The notes below the pieces were generated by a model that saw only the letters and a list, made by a program, of their open reading frames with translations, did not search any database and was not told the DNA's origin. From Podarcis tiliguerta (Eukaryota), in NCBI GenBank assembly GCA_965153285.1, contig OZ229111.1: a stretch of DNA of 64,000 bases; one strand, 5' to 3'. Every line of letters starts with the position of its first letter. Position 1 is the stretch's first letter. Shown here piece after piece: positions 63,001-64,000 of the stretch. Position numbers and translations under genes: made by a program.

Positions 63001-63917
63001 CTGTAGAAGAAAGTCACCTAGTATCCATCTAAGGGCTTCTGGGGAAAATGATTGCTAGGAATTGAATTGATTATTGCATTCAGCTGAACTTCTGTGACTG
63101 ACCTTATGAGCTCAGTCATTTGGTAAAAATGCAAACTACTGAGTATTCAAGAACGAGTTGGCTAGGAATCAGCAGGAGACCATGCAGCTGCACAAACATA
63201 TTTCTACTGCTCCTTAGATATTTAAGGAGTCCACAGCAATTCTGCCACCACTCTTGAATATCAATATGATTTCAAGTTGAAGAAGAAAACATGGAAACAG
63301 TACTTTTTTCTGGGCTTTGCTCCTCTCCGATATTATTTTCTAAGCAATGTGTTAACATTGATTTCTAGGTTTAATTCAGTTCTAAGATAGATAGATATAT
63401 ATATATATATAATATCCCTTCTTATTTGTACTTCTCCATTCAGAGAAAATATACATCTGAAATCATTTCTGCTGTATTTCACCCAGCAGATTTTTAATTT
63501 TTTTTGCAGCTAAATGTGACATTATTATGCCTACCACTACTAACAAACTAGTTTTTGTTAGGTTTTGAACTACCACATAACTGCTATTACCCCTTCTTCA
63601 TTAACCTTTTAATATGTTGCTCAGAGATGCATTTGCACACCTAACGGGGCTAATGCCACAGGATGCCCGGCAAATAGTTTGGAGGGGGGCACGTGCAAAA
63701 ATTCTAAATGTATTTTAAAAGCCAGCTTCTCAATGTTATGAACATTGATGTCTTAAAATATATTTAAAATGACTTATTACATGGAAAGAAAGCAATGAAC
63801 GTGCTGATATTCAGCAACTAACAATATGTGACAGAAATCGAACACACTTTGACTCTAGAAAGATCTTCTTCAGTGGTGCATTTAAATTACTCATGAACTG
63901 TCACAATAAGAGAAACA

Positions 63918-64000
63918 ACCCTGTTGAGGGAAGGTTTTTATGTTTGATGTTTTATTGTGTTTTTAATATTCTGTTGGGAGCTACCCAGAGTGACTGGGGA
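63918..64000 (+). mobile_element. L2-clade LINE 3' fragment running off the window
   Basis: ccctgttgagggaaggttttt...tgggagctacccagagtgactgggga matches 51808-51887. Confidence 0.75.

Noticed and set aside
37800-64000. Neighbouring gene RFT1, which is head-to-head with PRKCD in human
   Set aside because: No RFT1-like coding exon or second CpG island was recognised in this interval.
1-64000. CRISPR arrays, operons, rRNA genes or hammerhead ribozymes
   Set aside because: This is eukaryotic intron/intergenic DNA with no regularly spaced repeats. CTGATGA/GAAAC-like motifs I noticed lacked the required flanking helices. Most remaining short ORFs are chance frames or antisense to transposons.

Overview
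This is vertebrate genomic DNA from a squamate reptile, most likely a lacertid lizard; I infer this from the Sauria-type SINEs, a Squam3B-like SINE with a (CTT)n tail, Bov-B, and the CR1/L2 repeats. The only host gene I can support is the 5' part of PRKCD (protein kinase C delta) on the minus strand. It has three coding exons (11061-10947, 7196-6997, 6180-6120; 115+200+61 nt) encoding residues 1-125, the C2-like domain. A CpG-island promoter about 25 kb upstream (~36.4-37.7 kb) carries three candidate first-exon splice donors, and the remaining exons appear to lie off the left edge. The rest is intron or intergenic sequence rich in transposons: a young 5'-truncated CR1, an L2 RT fragment, a Bov-B 3' end, three SINE families, many hAT-type (8-bp TSD) and Tc1/mariner-type (TA TSD) MITEs, several nested insertions and a probable solo LTR. 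I found no convincing novel multi-gene system. The best leads are: (i) a ~105-codon acidic, start-less reading frame filling the 5' part of the solo LTR; (ii) a coding-like or terminal-exon-like segment at ~49.1 kb; (iii) an out-of-frame uAUG overlapping the PRKCD start; (iv) a MITE carrying clustered NRF1/ETS motifs; and (v) a tRNA-Ile-headed SINE with a GAT anticodon. Repeat family names come from recognition by eye, not from database searches.
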